A DNA stretch of 64,000 nt from Betaproteobacteria bacterium (lineage in GTDB: Bacteria; Pseudomonadota; Gammaproteobacteria; Burkholderiales; SG8-41): positions 1,636 to 65,635 of the forward strand of contig JAKFYK010000021.1 in NCBI GenBank assembly GCA_021730905.1. The letters run 5' to 3'. This document shows positions 47,415 to 56,643 of the stretch, one piece after another (position 1 is the first letter of the stretch; every line of letters starts with the position of its first letter). Made by a program: the position numbers and the translations under genes. The notes below the pieces were generated by a model, which had not been told where the DNA came from, ran no database searches, and saw only the letters and a program-made list of their open reading frames with translations.

Positions 47415-48377
47415 ATGCAAAAACTGATTGCCACCCTGTTCGTCGCGGTTCTTTTCCTGCCTCAGGCGGCGATCCACGCGCAGCCCTATCCGTCACGACC
47501 CCTCAGATTCGTCATTCCGTTCGGACCGGGCTCGGCCACCGACACCCTCGCCCGCATTGCCGGCCAGGACCTGTCGCTGTCGCTCGGACAGCCGGTCGTC
47601 GTCGTCCCCAAACCGGGCGCTGATGGCGCCCTGTCGGCCCTGGATGTGAAACGCTCGACGGCCGACGGCTACACTTTCCTGTTCGGCACGAACAGTCCGC
47701 TCGCCGTCGTGCCCAACATACGAAAGGAGCCGCCCTACGACGTCATGGCGGATTTCACACCGGTAACTTTCCTCGGCGACAATACCTTCTTCATCGTGGT
47801 ACATCCGTCAGTGCCCGTGAAATCGATCACCGAACTGGTCGCCCATGCCAAGTCCAATCCGAAAGCGCTCAACTATCCCTCCGGCAACACCTACGCCCTG
47901 GTTGCGACAGCACTGTTCGCGATGAACAACGGCATTGCGATGCACTCCGTTCCCTACAAGTCGGAACCCGACGCCATGCCCGACCTGCTGTCCGGCCGTA
48001 TGCACCTGATGTTTGGCACCCCTACGAGCGTCTTGGCGCACGCAAAGGAGGGCCGGCTCAGGATACTGGCGACGACATTGAACGAGCGCAGCCCGCTGAT
48101 GCCCGACGTGCCGTCATTCCCGGAGACGGGCCAGGCAAAATTCCCGATTGGTCCGTGGTTTGCCCTGGTCGGCCCCGCCGGTCTGCCGCGCGAACTCGTG
48201 GCGCGCATGAACAAGGAAATGGTCGCGGTTCTGGGCAAGCCCTCGGTCAAAGAGCTTATGCTCAAGCAGGGTTTCATGGCAAAGTCGTCCACGCCCGAGG
48301 CGCTCACCACCTACATGAAGGAACAACTCGCGATCTGGAAGACGGCGCTGAAGGTCGCCGGCGTCGAACCACAGTAA
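47415..48377 (+). CDS. Bug/TctC-family periplasmic solute-binding protein
   Basis: 320 aa with signal peptide plus QPYPSRPLRFVIPFGPGSATDTLAR. The SD is aggagg. Confidence 0.9.
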   Translation: MQKLIATLFVAVLFLPQAAIHAQPYPSRPLRFVIPFGPGSATDTLARIAGQDLSLSLGQPVVVVPKPGADGALSALDVKRSTADGYTFLFGTNSPLAVVPNIRKEPPYDVMADFTPVTFLGDNTFFIVVHPSVPVKSITELVAHAKSNPKALNYPSGNTYALVATALFAMNNGIAMHSVPYKSEPDAMPDLLSGRMHLMFGTPTSVLAHAKEGRLRILATTLNERSPLMPDVPSFPETGQAKFPIGPWFALVGPAGLPRELVARMNKEMVAVLGKPSVKELMLKQGFMAKSSTPEALTTYMKEQLAIWKTALKVAGVEPQ

Positions 48378-48420
48378 ACGAATGGCGTTTAAATTTTCTA
48401 CTACAGACAAGGAGAAAGAC

Positions 48421-48795
48421 ATGACCGGCAATGAACAGATGATCATCGACCTCGACAAGAAACGCATGACCGCGACCGCGCAAAAGGACATCGCAGCCCT
48501 GAAAAACATGTTGTGCAAGGGTCTCATCTACACCCATTCCTCGGCGCGCCAGGACACCAAGCAGAGCCTGATCGAGGCGATGGAATCGGGCAAAACCGTC
48601 TACACGTCAATGGAGCCGTCCGAGGTGAAGGCGCAGGACCTTGGCAACGCCGTTGTCCTGACCGGCGTCGCAGCCATCAGCGTCAATTCCAACGGTAAGC
48701 CGAATTCCTTCCGCGTGCGGTTCACCGACGTTTATGAAAACCAGAACGGCACCTGGCGGATGGTGACCTGGCAGTCGACGAAAATTCCCGACTAA
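48421..48795 (+). CDS. NTF2-fold protein (DUF4440/SnoaL-like)
   Basis: The ATG at 48421 follows aaggaga. LIYTHSSARQDTKQSL and WRMVTWQSTKI parallel the proteins at 23154 and 23619. Confidence 0.7.
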   Translation: MTGNEQMIIDLDKKRMTATAQKDIAALKNMLCKGLIYTHSSARQDTKQSLIEAMESGKTVYTSMEPSEVKAQDLGNAVVLTGVAAISVNSNGKPNSFRVRFTDVYENQNGTWRMVTWQSTKIPD

Positions 48796-48890
48796 CCCCG
48801 CACTCGGTCCGAAGAAGCAGATCGAATGACAGCCTCGGTCATAACCGGTTATTCCGGCTCAAATCAAACAGCGACTTTTGCAAATAAGCG

Positions 48891-50543
48891 CTACGCGTCC
48901 TCACCGTAAAGCATGCGGCGATAGGTAATATTCACCACGTTGCGCGAGATGCGCACATCCAGCACCATCGGCCCATCGCCGGCCAGAAACTCGTCGATGC
49001 CGGTGGCGACTTCAGCCAGCGTACGTGCCACGCGGCCACGACAGCCAAAACCGCGTGCCACCGCGCCAAAATCCGGCGAGCGCACGCTGGCGAGATGAGC
49101 CTCGAAGCCCGAGGCCTTGAGCTTGTGATACTCGGCACCCAGACCTTCATCGTTCAGCACAATGAACAGCAGCTTGAGTCCGAGACGCGACGCGGTGTCG
49201 AGTTCCTGTATGTTCTGCATCGCGCCGCCGTCGCCTTCAATCAGCGCGAACGGTTTGCCGAGAGCCACTGCCATACCGATAGCGGTCGGCAAGGTCTGGC
49301 CGATGCAGCCAAAGCCGTTGACGAACTCATGCAGCACGCGCGGCTTCTTCATGATCATCACCGGAAACGCAAACGAATGGCCCACGCCGATGGCAATACC
49401 TACATCGGAAGGCAAGCGCTCATCGATCATGCGCGAGGCTTCGCGTGGATCAACAGTTCCCGCTTCGATTTCATATTCAGCGGCATCGCGGTCGGCGTCG
49501 AGCAATATTTTCTTTACAGTCGGAGTTCTAAAATTATCTTTAAAAACAAATACTTGAGATAACTCATTCTCAATGGCCTGCAGTGTCGCCAGCGCATCGC
49601 CCTGCACATAACAATCGGCGAGCCGGTCGTTGCCCATCAGCGCGGTGGGCTCGGTGTTGATGTGAATGATGCGCGCCTTGGGATACAGCAGGCCGCCTTC
49701 CAGCGTGTGCGGATTGAGGCTGGCGCCCACCGCGATCACGCAATCGGCTTCTTCAAACAGTTCCATCACCGCGCGCGTGGAAAACATGCCGGAAATGCCG
49801 GCGTGAAAATCACCCGATAGCACACCTTTGGCCACCAGCGAGGTCGCGGTCAGCGCGCCGATGCGTTCGGCAAGTTTTGCCGCCGCTTCCACCGCGCCTG
49901 ATTGCACCGCGCCATCGCCGACCACCACCACCGGTTTCTTGGCGGCAGCGATGATTTTCACCGCCTGCGCGAGTTGTTCCGCCGCGGGCTTGATGCGCTG
50001 CTGGCCTTTGAACAATGCGGATGACGGCACGTAGTCATCGCCGTCGCTGTCGATATTCGCATCCTGCACGTTCATCGGATACGCCAGCACCACCGGGCGT
50101 TTCTGCACCTTCGCTTCGTAGAACGCCTTGCGCACCGCGTCTTCGGCAAACGCGGGCGTCATCACCTCGATGTAGCCCGCGCCCGTCGCCGTGACGAGGC
50201 GATCCTGGTTCAGCGACTGGTTGATCCACTCGTTGTGAAAATGGGTGCGGCTGGTATACACCACCAGAGGCACGCGCGCCTTCACCGCCGCTACCAGTGA
50301 CGTCGTCATGCGTGTGATGCCCGGCCCGTGGGTGACGTTGCACACGCCGACGTTGCCGGTGGCACGCGCATAACCTTCGGCCATCGACAGTGCGGCACCC
50401 TCGTCGCGCACGTCGATCAGGCGCACACCGGGCAGTTTCGACATCGCGGCCGCCCACGACATGTTGCCGTCGCCCATCAGGCCGAATACTGTGCTGGCGC
50501 CTTCCTTGACGAAGGCGTTGGCTACGGCTTGGTAGACTTTCAT
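48891..50543 (-). CDS. Thiamine-diphosphate-dependent enzyme (acetolactate synthase large-subunit-like)
   Basis: 550 aa with three-domain ThDP architecture and the ThDP motif GDGGAMQNIQELDTASRLGLKLLFIVLNDEG. Confidence 0.85.
   Translation of the reverse strand: MKVYQAVANAFVKEGASTVFGLMGDGNMSWAAAMSKLPGVRLIDVRDEGAALSMAEGYARATGNVGVCNVTHGPGITRMTTSLVAAVKARVPLVVYTSRTHFHNEWINQSLNQDRLVTATGAGYIEVMTPAFAEDAVRKAFYEAKVQKRPVVLAYPMNVQDANIDSDGDDYVPSSALFKGQQRIKPAAEQLAQAVKIIAAAKKPVVVVGDGAVQSGAVEAAAKLAERIGALTATSLVAKGVLSGDFHAGISGMFSTRAVMELFEEADCVIAVGASLNPHTLEGGLLYPKARIIHINTEPTALMGNDRLADCYVQGDALATLQAIENELSQVFVFKDNFRTPTVKKILLDADRDAAEYEIEAGTVDPREASRMIDERLPSDVGIAIGVGHSFAFPVMIMKKPRVLHEFVNGFGCIGQTLPTAIGMAVALGKPFALIEGDGGAMQNIQELDTASRLGLKLLFIVLNDEGLGAEYHKLKASGFEAHLASVRSPDFGAVARGFGCRGRVARTLAEVATGIDEFLAGDGPMVLDVRISRNVVNITYRRMLYGEDA
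49539..49563 (+). repeat. AT-rich recurrent motif, copy h, inside the ThDP-enzyme coding sequence (antisense to the gene)
   Basis: tttaaaaacaaatacttgagataac sits in an AT-rich patch of about 70 nt (about 49503..49575) within an otherwise GC-rich gene. It is translated in-frame as ...NELSQVFVFKDNFRTPTVKKIL... Confidence 0.8.
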
Positions 50544-50558
50544 GGCAATAGGAGTTCC

Positions 50559-50619
50559 CCTTCAACAGGCTCAGGGCGAACGGAAATAGAAAAGCCGTTC
50601 GTCCTGAGCCTGTCGAAGG
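50559..50619. repeat. REP-like long hairpin between the amidohydrolase and ThDP-enzyme genes
   Basis: 50559..50583 ccttcaacaggctcagggcgaacgg pairs with 50595..50619 ccgttcgtcctgagcctgtcgaagg (25 bp, 2 mismatches, 11-nt loop). Confidence 0.8.
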
Positions 50620-50636
50620 ACGATAAAAGCCGCGGA

Positions 50637-51716
50637 TCAAAAATCCGGTGAAATGCCCAGCAGCTTGCCCGCGGTCTCGCCCAGCATCATGCGCTTTTGC
50701 GCGTCGGTGAAATGCGGGCACTTGAGCACGTGGTCGATAGACTCGGCCTGCCAGGGTATCGGGTGATCGGTACCGATCACCAGCCGCTCCACGCCGACTT
50801 CCGCCGCGAGATGGCGCAGCGCTTCATCGGTGAACACCAGCGTGTCGAAATACATGTCGCGCAAATACTCGGTGGGCCGCTTCTTGAGCTTGACGCCGGT
50901 GTCCATTTCCGGCGCCACGCGCAGACAATTGTCGGAACGCGGTGCATACGAGGGCAAAAAGCCGCCACCGTGGGCCGAGCAGACTTTCAGGCCCGGAAAT
51001 TTATCCAGTGTGCCTTCGAAAATCAGGTGCGACAACGCGATGGTGGTATCGAGCGGATTGCCGATGGTGTTGGCCAGCCAGCCGTTGCCCTTGAAGCGGT
51101 TGTTGAGTTCCGGCGTGCTTTGCGGGTGGATGAAAATCAGGATGCCCAGTTCCTCGGCCTTGGCCCACACCGGATGAAATTTCGCGCCGGAGAATTCCTC
51201 GCCCGCCACGCTGCCGCCGATGGCGATGCCGCGCATGCCAAGTTTTTTGATCGCATGTTCGAGCTGCTGCACGGCGAGATCAGGAAACTGCAGCGACAGC
51301 GAGGCAAATCCGACAAAGCGGTCAGGATGCGCCGCGCACAGTTCGGTGAGCGTTTCATTGTTGATTTTGACAACCTCGGCGGCCTTGTCACGCTCGAGCT
51401 TGTACCAGCTCGGATTGATGCTGATCGCCTCAACGTCGATGCCCTGTTCGTCCATCTCGCGCAGGCGCCGCGCGCCCACCTCGCCGAGGCCGGGCCCGCG
51501 CTCGTCCGCAAGGTTTTTCCCCATGACTTCCAGCGCCTTGGGAATCACGCAATGGCAGTGCACGTCGATGGTCTTGACGCGTTTTCCCGCGACGATCACC
51601 TGGCGGCGCGCACCGCCGCCCGCTTGCGCGGTGGATTCGTTGGTAGCGGTCAGCGCGCTGCCGTGGCAATCGACAAATTGCAGCTCGCCACCGTGTACAT
51701 GGTTTTGGTCATGCAT
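50637..51716 (-). CDS. Amidohydrolase-2 family metal-dependent hydrolase/decarboxylase (ACMSD-like)
   Basis: IDVHCHCV (HxH) and CSAHGGG are present, with ERLVIGTDHP near the C-terminus. The ATG at 51716 follows aggaga, and the track start at 51869 is an upstream extension. Confidence 0.8.
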   Translation of the reverse strand: MHDQNHVHGGELQFVDCHGSALTATNESTAQAGGGARRQVIVAGKRVKTIDVHCHCVIPKALEVMGKNLADERGPGLGEVGARRLREMDEQGIDVEAISINPSWYKLERDKAAEVVKINNETLTELCAAHPDRFVGFASLSLQFPDLAVQQLEHAIKKLGMRGIAIGGSVAGEEFSGAKFHPVWAKAEELGILIFIHPQSTPELNNRFKGNGWLANTIGNPLDTTIALSHLIFEGTLDKFPGLKVCSAHGGGFLPSYAPRSDNCLRVAPEMDTGVKLKKRPTEYLRDMYFDTLVFTDEALRHLAAEVGVERLVIGTDHPIPWQAESIDHVLKCPHFTDAQKRMMLGETAGKLLGISPDF

Positions 51717-51882
51717 GATGCTCTCCTGATTGAGTTGTTGTGGTTGCTTGGAGCTAACACCTTTTTGCCACAGATTGACACGGCTGCACCCGGATTGCTC
51801 CACTATGCATCCGCGCGCAACCGTAAAGTCCGTGTCAAAGAATGACTGGATGTGATCGCCAGATCGCAATTATCTCACGTGC

Positions 51883-52905
51883 TCACTCCGCGACAATCTT
51901 GCGCGAGGCGGCAATCTGTTTCCACTGCTCCAGTTCCTGCTTGATGCGCGCAGCAAACACGGCTGGGGTTACCGCCACTGGCAGTATGCCGTCGGGCTCC
52001 AACATCGACCTGAGTTCAGGTGATCCCGCAACCTCGTTGATTTCACGATTCAGGCGCTCAATATACCGCGCCGGTGTTCCGGCGGGCGCCATCACGCCCA
52101 CCCAGGTTTCACTGGAAAAGCCCGGTAGCGTGGCGATCAGTGTTGGTACATCCGGGAACGCCGGGTGAGGTTGTCTGGACGTCACTGCGAGCAAACGGAC
52201 CTTGTTCGCCTTCAGGAACGCCGACAACGTGGCATAGCTCGATATCATCACGTGAATCTGGCCCCCGGCGAGATCAATGGCTGCGTTCGCGGCCCCTTTA
52301 TAGGGCACATGCCGCATTTGAATTTTGGCATGGGCATTAATGAGTTCAGTCACCAGGTGCCCGATGGAGCCTACGCCCGCCGTACCGTACGTCAGTTCCC
52401 CCGGGTTACTACGCGCAGCCGACAAAAGATCGGCAACTGACTTGAAGGGTGTCGCCGACGAGACCGCGAGCAGCGACGGATTCTGCCCGACCAGGGCAAC
52501 CGGCGCGAATGAAGCAATAGGATCATACGGCAGCCGCGGCTGAGTCGCTGCTGCGGTCAGAAAGGAAGACGACGTCAGCAGCACAACCGAACCATCCTTT
52601 GCCGCTTTGGCGACTGCGTCAGAACCAATGACGCCCGCGGCCCCCGGCCGGTTTTCCACGATGATCGACGTTTCCATGCGTTTTGCCAACGGGCCGGCCA
52701 CGGACCGCGCAATGGCATCATTGCTCGCCCCCGCAGAAAACGGGACGACGATGCGGACGAGTTTGGGCACGGCATCCTGTGCCACAGCCGGTTGCACCAT
52801 CCCCAGCGTCAGATTGCCGCACACCGCAAGCCCGGTGAACAGGTGTCGCAATTTGTTTCTCCTCAATGGCCATGTCAAGGCGTGACTATTTGCCGGCGTC
52901 TTCAT
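51883..52905 (-). CDS. Bug/TctC-family periplasmic solute-binding protein
   Basis: 340 aa with a signal peptide. LVRIVVPFSAGASNDAIARS is present. Confidence 0.85.
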   Translation of the reverse strand: MKTPANSHALTWPLRRNKLRHLFTGLAVCGNLTLGMVQPAVAQDAVPKLVRIVVPFSAGASNDAIARSVAGPLAKRMETSIIVENRPGAAGVIGSDAVAKAAKDGSVVLLTSSSFLTAAATQPRLPYDPIASFAPVALVGQNPSLLAVSSATPFKSVADLLSAARSNPGELTYGTAGVGSIGHLVTELINAHAKIQMRHVPYKGAANAAIDLAGGQIHVMISSYATLSAFLKANKVRLLAVTSRQPHPAFPDVPTLIATLPGFSSETWVGVMAPAGTPARYIERLNREINEVAGSPELRSMLEPDGILPVAVTPAVFAARIKQELEQWKQIAASRKIVAE

Positions 52906-53003
52906 TTGCAGACTCGCTTCTCGTCATTTGACGCGCATTTTTTCACAAGATAGCATCCCATGACGTCCTGATCAAACCATCTTCACCGTGGAAAATTCGC
53001 GCT

Positions 53004-54374
53004 ATGACCCATCTCGATAAACGCCAGACCCTGAAAGTATTGATCTCGACGGGACATTTGGGCACCGCGCCTTCAAGCCGCGAGAGTTTCATGCTGGGCA
53101 TGGCGGCCAACCCCGACTATGTGGTGGCCGACAGCGGCAGTTCAGACCCGGGACCGGTCTATCTTGGCGAGGACACGACCCTTGGACATTTCGTGCGCGA
53201 AGAACTGGAACTGTTCCTGACCGAATCGCGCAAGAAGGGCATACCGTTGGTCATAGGCTCCGCCGGCGACACCGGCAGCAATCGCGGCGTCAATGAGTTC
53301 GTCTCCATTATTCAGGAGCTGGCACAGGAACACCGCATCCCGAAATTCAAGGTCGGGTATTTTTATTCGGAAGTCCCCAAGGACTTTCTCAGGCAAAAGC
53401 TGCGGGAGGGCAAGGAGTTAAGTGGTCTCGGCGGCTTTCCTGCGCTGACAGAAACCGAAATCGATCTCGCCACGCGCGTCGTCGCCGTTGCGGGCATACA
53501 CCCCTTCCTCAAGCTGCTGGAACAAGGCGCCGATGTCATCATCGCCGGGCGCTGCGGCGACATCAACTTCACAGCGGGCCCCTGCATATTTCACGGGTTC
53601 CCAGAGCCACTGGCCTATCACATGGGCAAGATGATCGAGTGCGCGTCGCTCGTCGCTGAACCGTTCATGGGCAAGGAAACCATCATCGGCACCATCTCGC
53701 ACGACGATATCAAGATCACGCCTTACCATCCGCCGCAGCGCTGCACTATCGCGTCGGTGGCTGGGCATTCGATGTACGAGCGCGAGACGCCCTACTTCGA
53801 GCACACGCTGGGCGGCACGCTGGACATGCGCGCCTGCCAATACGAGCAATTTGACGAGCGCACCGTACGCATCTCCGGCGCGGCATGGATCCCGGCAACG
53901 GAACTGCGCGTCAAAATCGAAGGCGCAAAGAAGGTGGGTGAACGCTACATGGGATTTGTCGGATTGCGCGATCCGCATATCGTGCGCAACGTCGATGCCG
54001 CGATTGAATGGTGCAAGTCCGCGGTCGCCAAACGTTTCAGCCACGAACCGTACGAACTTTACTTTCACGTATTCGGCAGGAACGCGGTGCTCAAGGAACT
54101 GGAGCCGGTGCGGGCGGCAAGCCCCCACGAACTGGGCATCGTCGTTGAAGGGCTGGCGAATTCCGATGCGCTCGCGGAAAAAATCACGGATTTCGCGGTG
54201 CGAATGTTTTTCCTCGTGCGCATCCCCGGCGTCAAGGGAACCGCGGGAGCCGCTGCGACCACCAAGAAGACGATGAAATCGTCGCCAGGGTACCTATGGA
54301 ACGTGAACCATACGGTTCCCATCGATGACCCGATGGAGCTCTTCTCCGTGCACATGACTGAGGCGGGTATATGA
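53004..54374 (+). CDS. AtuA-like (DUF1446) acyclic-terpene-utilisation family protein
   Basis: 456 aa. The N-terminus reads LISTGHLGTAPSSRESFMLGMAANPDYVVADSGSSDPGPVYLG. It is paired with a downstream DUF4387-like gene, as I remember for this family. Confidence 0.7.
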   Translation: MTHLDKRQTLKVLISTGHLGTAPSSRESFMLGMAANPDYVVADSGSSDPGPVYLGEDTTLGHFVREELELFLTESRKKGIPLVIGSAGDTGSNRGVNEFVSIIQELAQEHRIPKFKVGYFYSEVPKDFLRQKLREGKELSGLGGFPALTETEIDLATRVVAVAGIHPFLKLLEQGADVIIAGRCGDINFTAGPCIFHGFPEPLAYHMGKMIECASLVAEPFMGKETIIGTISHDDIKITPYHPPQRCTIASVAGHSMYERETPYFEHTLGGTLDMRACQYEQFDERTVRISGAAWIPATELRVKIEGAKKVGERYMGFVGLRDPHIVRNVDAAIEWCKSAVAKRFSHEPYELYFHVFGRNAVLKELEPVRAASPHELGIVVEGLANSDALAEKITDFAVRMFFLVRIPGVKGTAGAAATTKKTMKSSPGYLWNVNHTVPIDDPMELFSVHMTEAGI

Positions 54375-54423
54375 CGCCACCATCTGTTGGTCACCCACCC
54401 GCAACCAGCAAGGAAGATTCCCC

Positions 54424-54738
54424 ATGGCCAAACTGAGCGACCTCGCATCGACCATTCGCAGCAAGAATGCCGGTGTGAATCAGATTACATTCGATATCAT
54501 TTTCCCAGACAAGGCCCGCTATCTTCGCGTGCTGGCAAGTCAGGTTATCACCCGGGACAGCATCGCGCGGCTTTTCAACATTCCTGCTTCGCGTATCTCG
54601 GATTTCGTGGCGTTCGATCTTGCCAACGCAATAAAATTTACCATTTATCGCCTTCGACCCAGCGGCAGCCCGGGAGACTGGGACATCCTCGGCTGCCAGC
54701 AATACGGCCCTTTGCTGGACGTCGAAGTGCCGGATTGA
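54424..54738 (+). CDS. DUF4387-like small protein (AtuA partner)
   Basis: 104 aa. MAKLSDLASTIRSKNAGVNQITFDIIFPDK. Confidence 0.65.
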   Translation: MAKLSDLASTIRSKNAGVNQITFDIIFPDKARYLRVLASQVITRDSIARLFNIPASRISDFVAFDLANAIKFTIYRLRPSGSPGDWDILGCQQYGPLLDVEVPD

Positions 54739-54763
54739 GGTGCACTCGCGTCGTTGGCGGGAA

Positions 54764-55747
54764 CTACTCTGCCAGCCGCACTTTCGCCTTACGTATCACG
54801 CCGGTCCACTTCTCCGACTCGGATTTCAGAAACACGGCAAACTCCTGCGGCGTGTTGGCGATGATTTCCGCTGCTTCGTTCGACAGGCGTCCGCTGACTT
54901 CCTTCGAGCGCAGCGCTTTCACCGTGCCCTCGTGCAATGCACGCAGTACCGGCACGGGCGTGGCGGCCGGCAGCATCATGCCGTACCAACCAGTCACTGC
55001 GTAGCCCGGCACGCCGGCCTCCGCTACCGTGGGTATGTCCGGCGCCGCAGCGGAGCGTTTGCCGCTGGTCACCGCCAGTGCGCGCAGCCGGCCCGCCTTG
55101 ATCATCTGCGCGCCCGCCAGAAAGTTGTTCAGAAAAATCGGCACCTGCCCCGACAGCAGATCCGTCATCGCCTGTCCCGCGCCTTTGTACGGCACATGCA
55201 CTACGTCTATGCCTGCCATGCTCTTGAAAAGTTCCATGCCCAGATGCGGGCCGCTGCCGTTGCCCGATGAGGCAAACGTCAACTGCCCCGGACGCGCCTT
55301 GGCGAACGCGACAAACTCTTTCACGTTTTTCACCGGCAGTGAGGGATGCACTGTGATCACAAACGGATACTCGGCCAGCACCGTCACCGGCACGTGATCG
55401 TCGGGGCCGTATGGCAGCTTGGCGTAGAGCGCGGGATTGATCACGTGCGTAGCGAGCGTGATCAACACGGTGTAACCGTCGGGCGCGGCCTTCGCCACGG
55501 CATCTGAACCGATGATGCCGTTGGCACCGGGGCGGTTATCGACCAGCACCTGCTGCCCCATCGTCTCGGTCATTTTCTGCGCCAGCGTGCGCGCGATGAC
55601 ATCCGTGCCGCCGCCCGGCGGATACGGCACGACGATGCGTATCGGTCGATTGGGATAGCCCTGTCCTGAGCCTGTCGAAGCGATCTGCGCGCTTGCGGCA
55701 CCGGCCCAAAGCGACACAACCAATAACATCAATAGAAACTTGAGCAT
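54764..55747 (-). CDS. Bug/TctC-family periplasmic solute-binding protein
   Basis: 327 aa with signal peptide plus [24 protein letters not shown]. Confidence 0.9.
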   Translation of the reverse strand: MLKFLLMLLVVSLWAGAASAQIASTGSGQGYPNRPIRIVVPYPPGGGTDVIARTLAQKMTETMGQQVLVDNRPGANGIIGSDAVAKAAPDGYTVLITLATHVINPALYAKLPYGPDDHVPVTVLAEYPFVITVHPSLPVKNVKEFVAFAKARPGQLTFASSGNGSGPHLGMELFKSMAGIDVVHVPYKGAGQAMTDLLSGQVPIFLNNFLAGAQMIKAGRLRALAVTSGKRSAAAPDIPTVAEAGVPGYAVTGWYGMMLPAATPVPVLRALHEGTVKALRSKEVSGRLSNEAAEIIANTPQEFAVFLKSESEKWTGVIRKAKVRLAE

Positions 55748-55768
55748 ATCTGTCTATATAAAAATATA

Positions 55769-55788
55769 TAATAAAAACAAATACTTAT
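55769..55788 (+). repeat. AT-rich recurrent motif, copy i
   Basis: taataaaaacaaatacttat lies in the 42-nt junction between two minus-strand genes and is antisense to them. Its flank aaaaatata matches copy j. Confidence 0.8.
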
Positions 55789-55789
55789 A

Positions 55790-56596
55790 TTAAATTGGAT
55801 GACGCTCTACGAATTCCAGCAACGCCTGCGCGCAGGCATCCGGATCCGTCGCCGCTGCGTGAAACGAATCGCCGGGCAGCACCACCAGTTCCGAGTGCGG
55901 TACTTTTTCCTGCCAAGCACGTGTTTCGGCCACCGACGCGAGTCCGCTTTCCTGCGTGGTAATCACCAGCATTGGACACCTGATCTTCTTCACATCCTCG
56001 CTGATGTCGGAAAAATTAATCGTGCCGGCAAATCCCGCCTCGGTGGAAACCGCCGTGCGCGCCATGTATTTGATCCACCACTCCACGCCTTCCTTTGGAA
56101 ACGCGCTGCCCAATCGCGCGCCCATGCTGCGTCGCGCCCAATGCTCGATGCCCTGCTCCTCCACTTCTTTCACGCGCGCGGCGCGCGTAGCCGCATCCGC
56201 GCGCACCGGCGGCGGCGAGCCGACCACTGTCAACGTGCGCACGCGATCCGCATGCCTTGCGGCAAACGCGCGACCAATCACGCCGCCAATTTTCGCGCCC
56301 GCCAGATGAAAGCGTGCTATGCCCAGATGATCCATCAGTGTCACGTAATCATTGATCACCACATCCAGCGTCCACGGAAAATCGCGCGCCATCGGCGTCG
56401 AGTCACCAAAGCCTCGCATGTCGGGCCGCACCACCCGGTAACGCCGCGCGAGATGCGGCACCCAGCCGTACCAGGCGCGATGACTTTCGTTATTGCCGTG
56501 GCACAACAATATCGTCTCGGACGCGCGCCATGAGTCGGTGAAATCATCGACGCAATAATGAATATCCACGCCCGGCGAAACCTGCAGGTTCGGCAT
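55790..56596 (-). CDS. Alpha/beta-hydrolase-fold protein with Lys in place of the nucleophile Ser
   Basis: 268 aa with typical fold strings (LLCHGNNES, RVVRPDMRGFGDS). The elbow reads HLAGAKIGG, with the AAA codon at 56293..56291. Confidence 0.75.
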   Translation of the reverse strand: MPNLQVSPGVDIHYCVDDFTDSWRASETILLCHGNNESHRAWYGWVPHLARRYRVVRPDMRGFGDSTPMARDFPWTLDVVINDYVTLMDHLGIARFHLAGAKIGGVIGRAFAARHADRVRTLTVVGSPPPVRADAATRAARVKEVEEQGIEHWARRSMGARLGSAFPKEGVEWWIKYMARTAVSTEAGFAGTINFSDISEDVKKIRCPMLVITTQESGLASVAETRAWQEKVPHSELVVLPGDSFHAAATDPDACAQALLEFVERHPI

Positions 56597-56612
56597 CTGG
56601 GAATTCCTTATT

Positions 56613-56643
56613 GTGGAGGCTTATGGTGGAGGCTTATGGTGGA
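56613..56643 (+). repeat. 13-bp direct tandem repeat (2.4 copies) in a divergent promoter region
   Basis: gtggaggcttatg occurs at 56613..56625 and 56626..56638, followed by gtgga. Confidence 0.85.
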
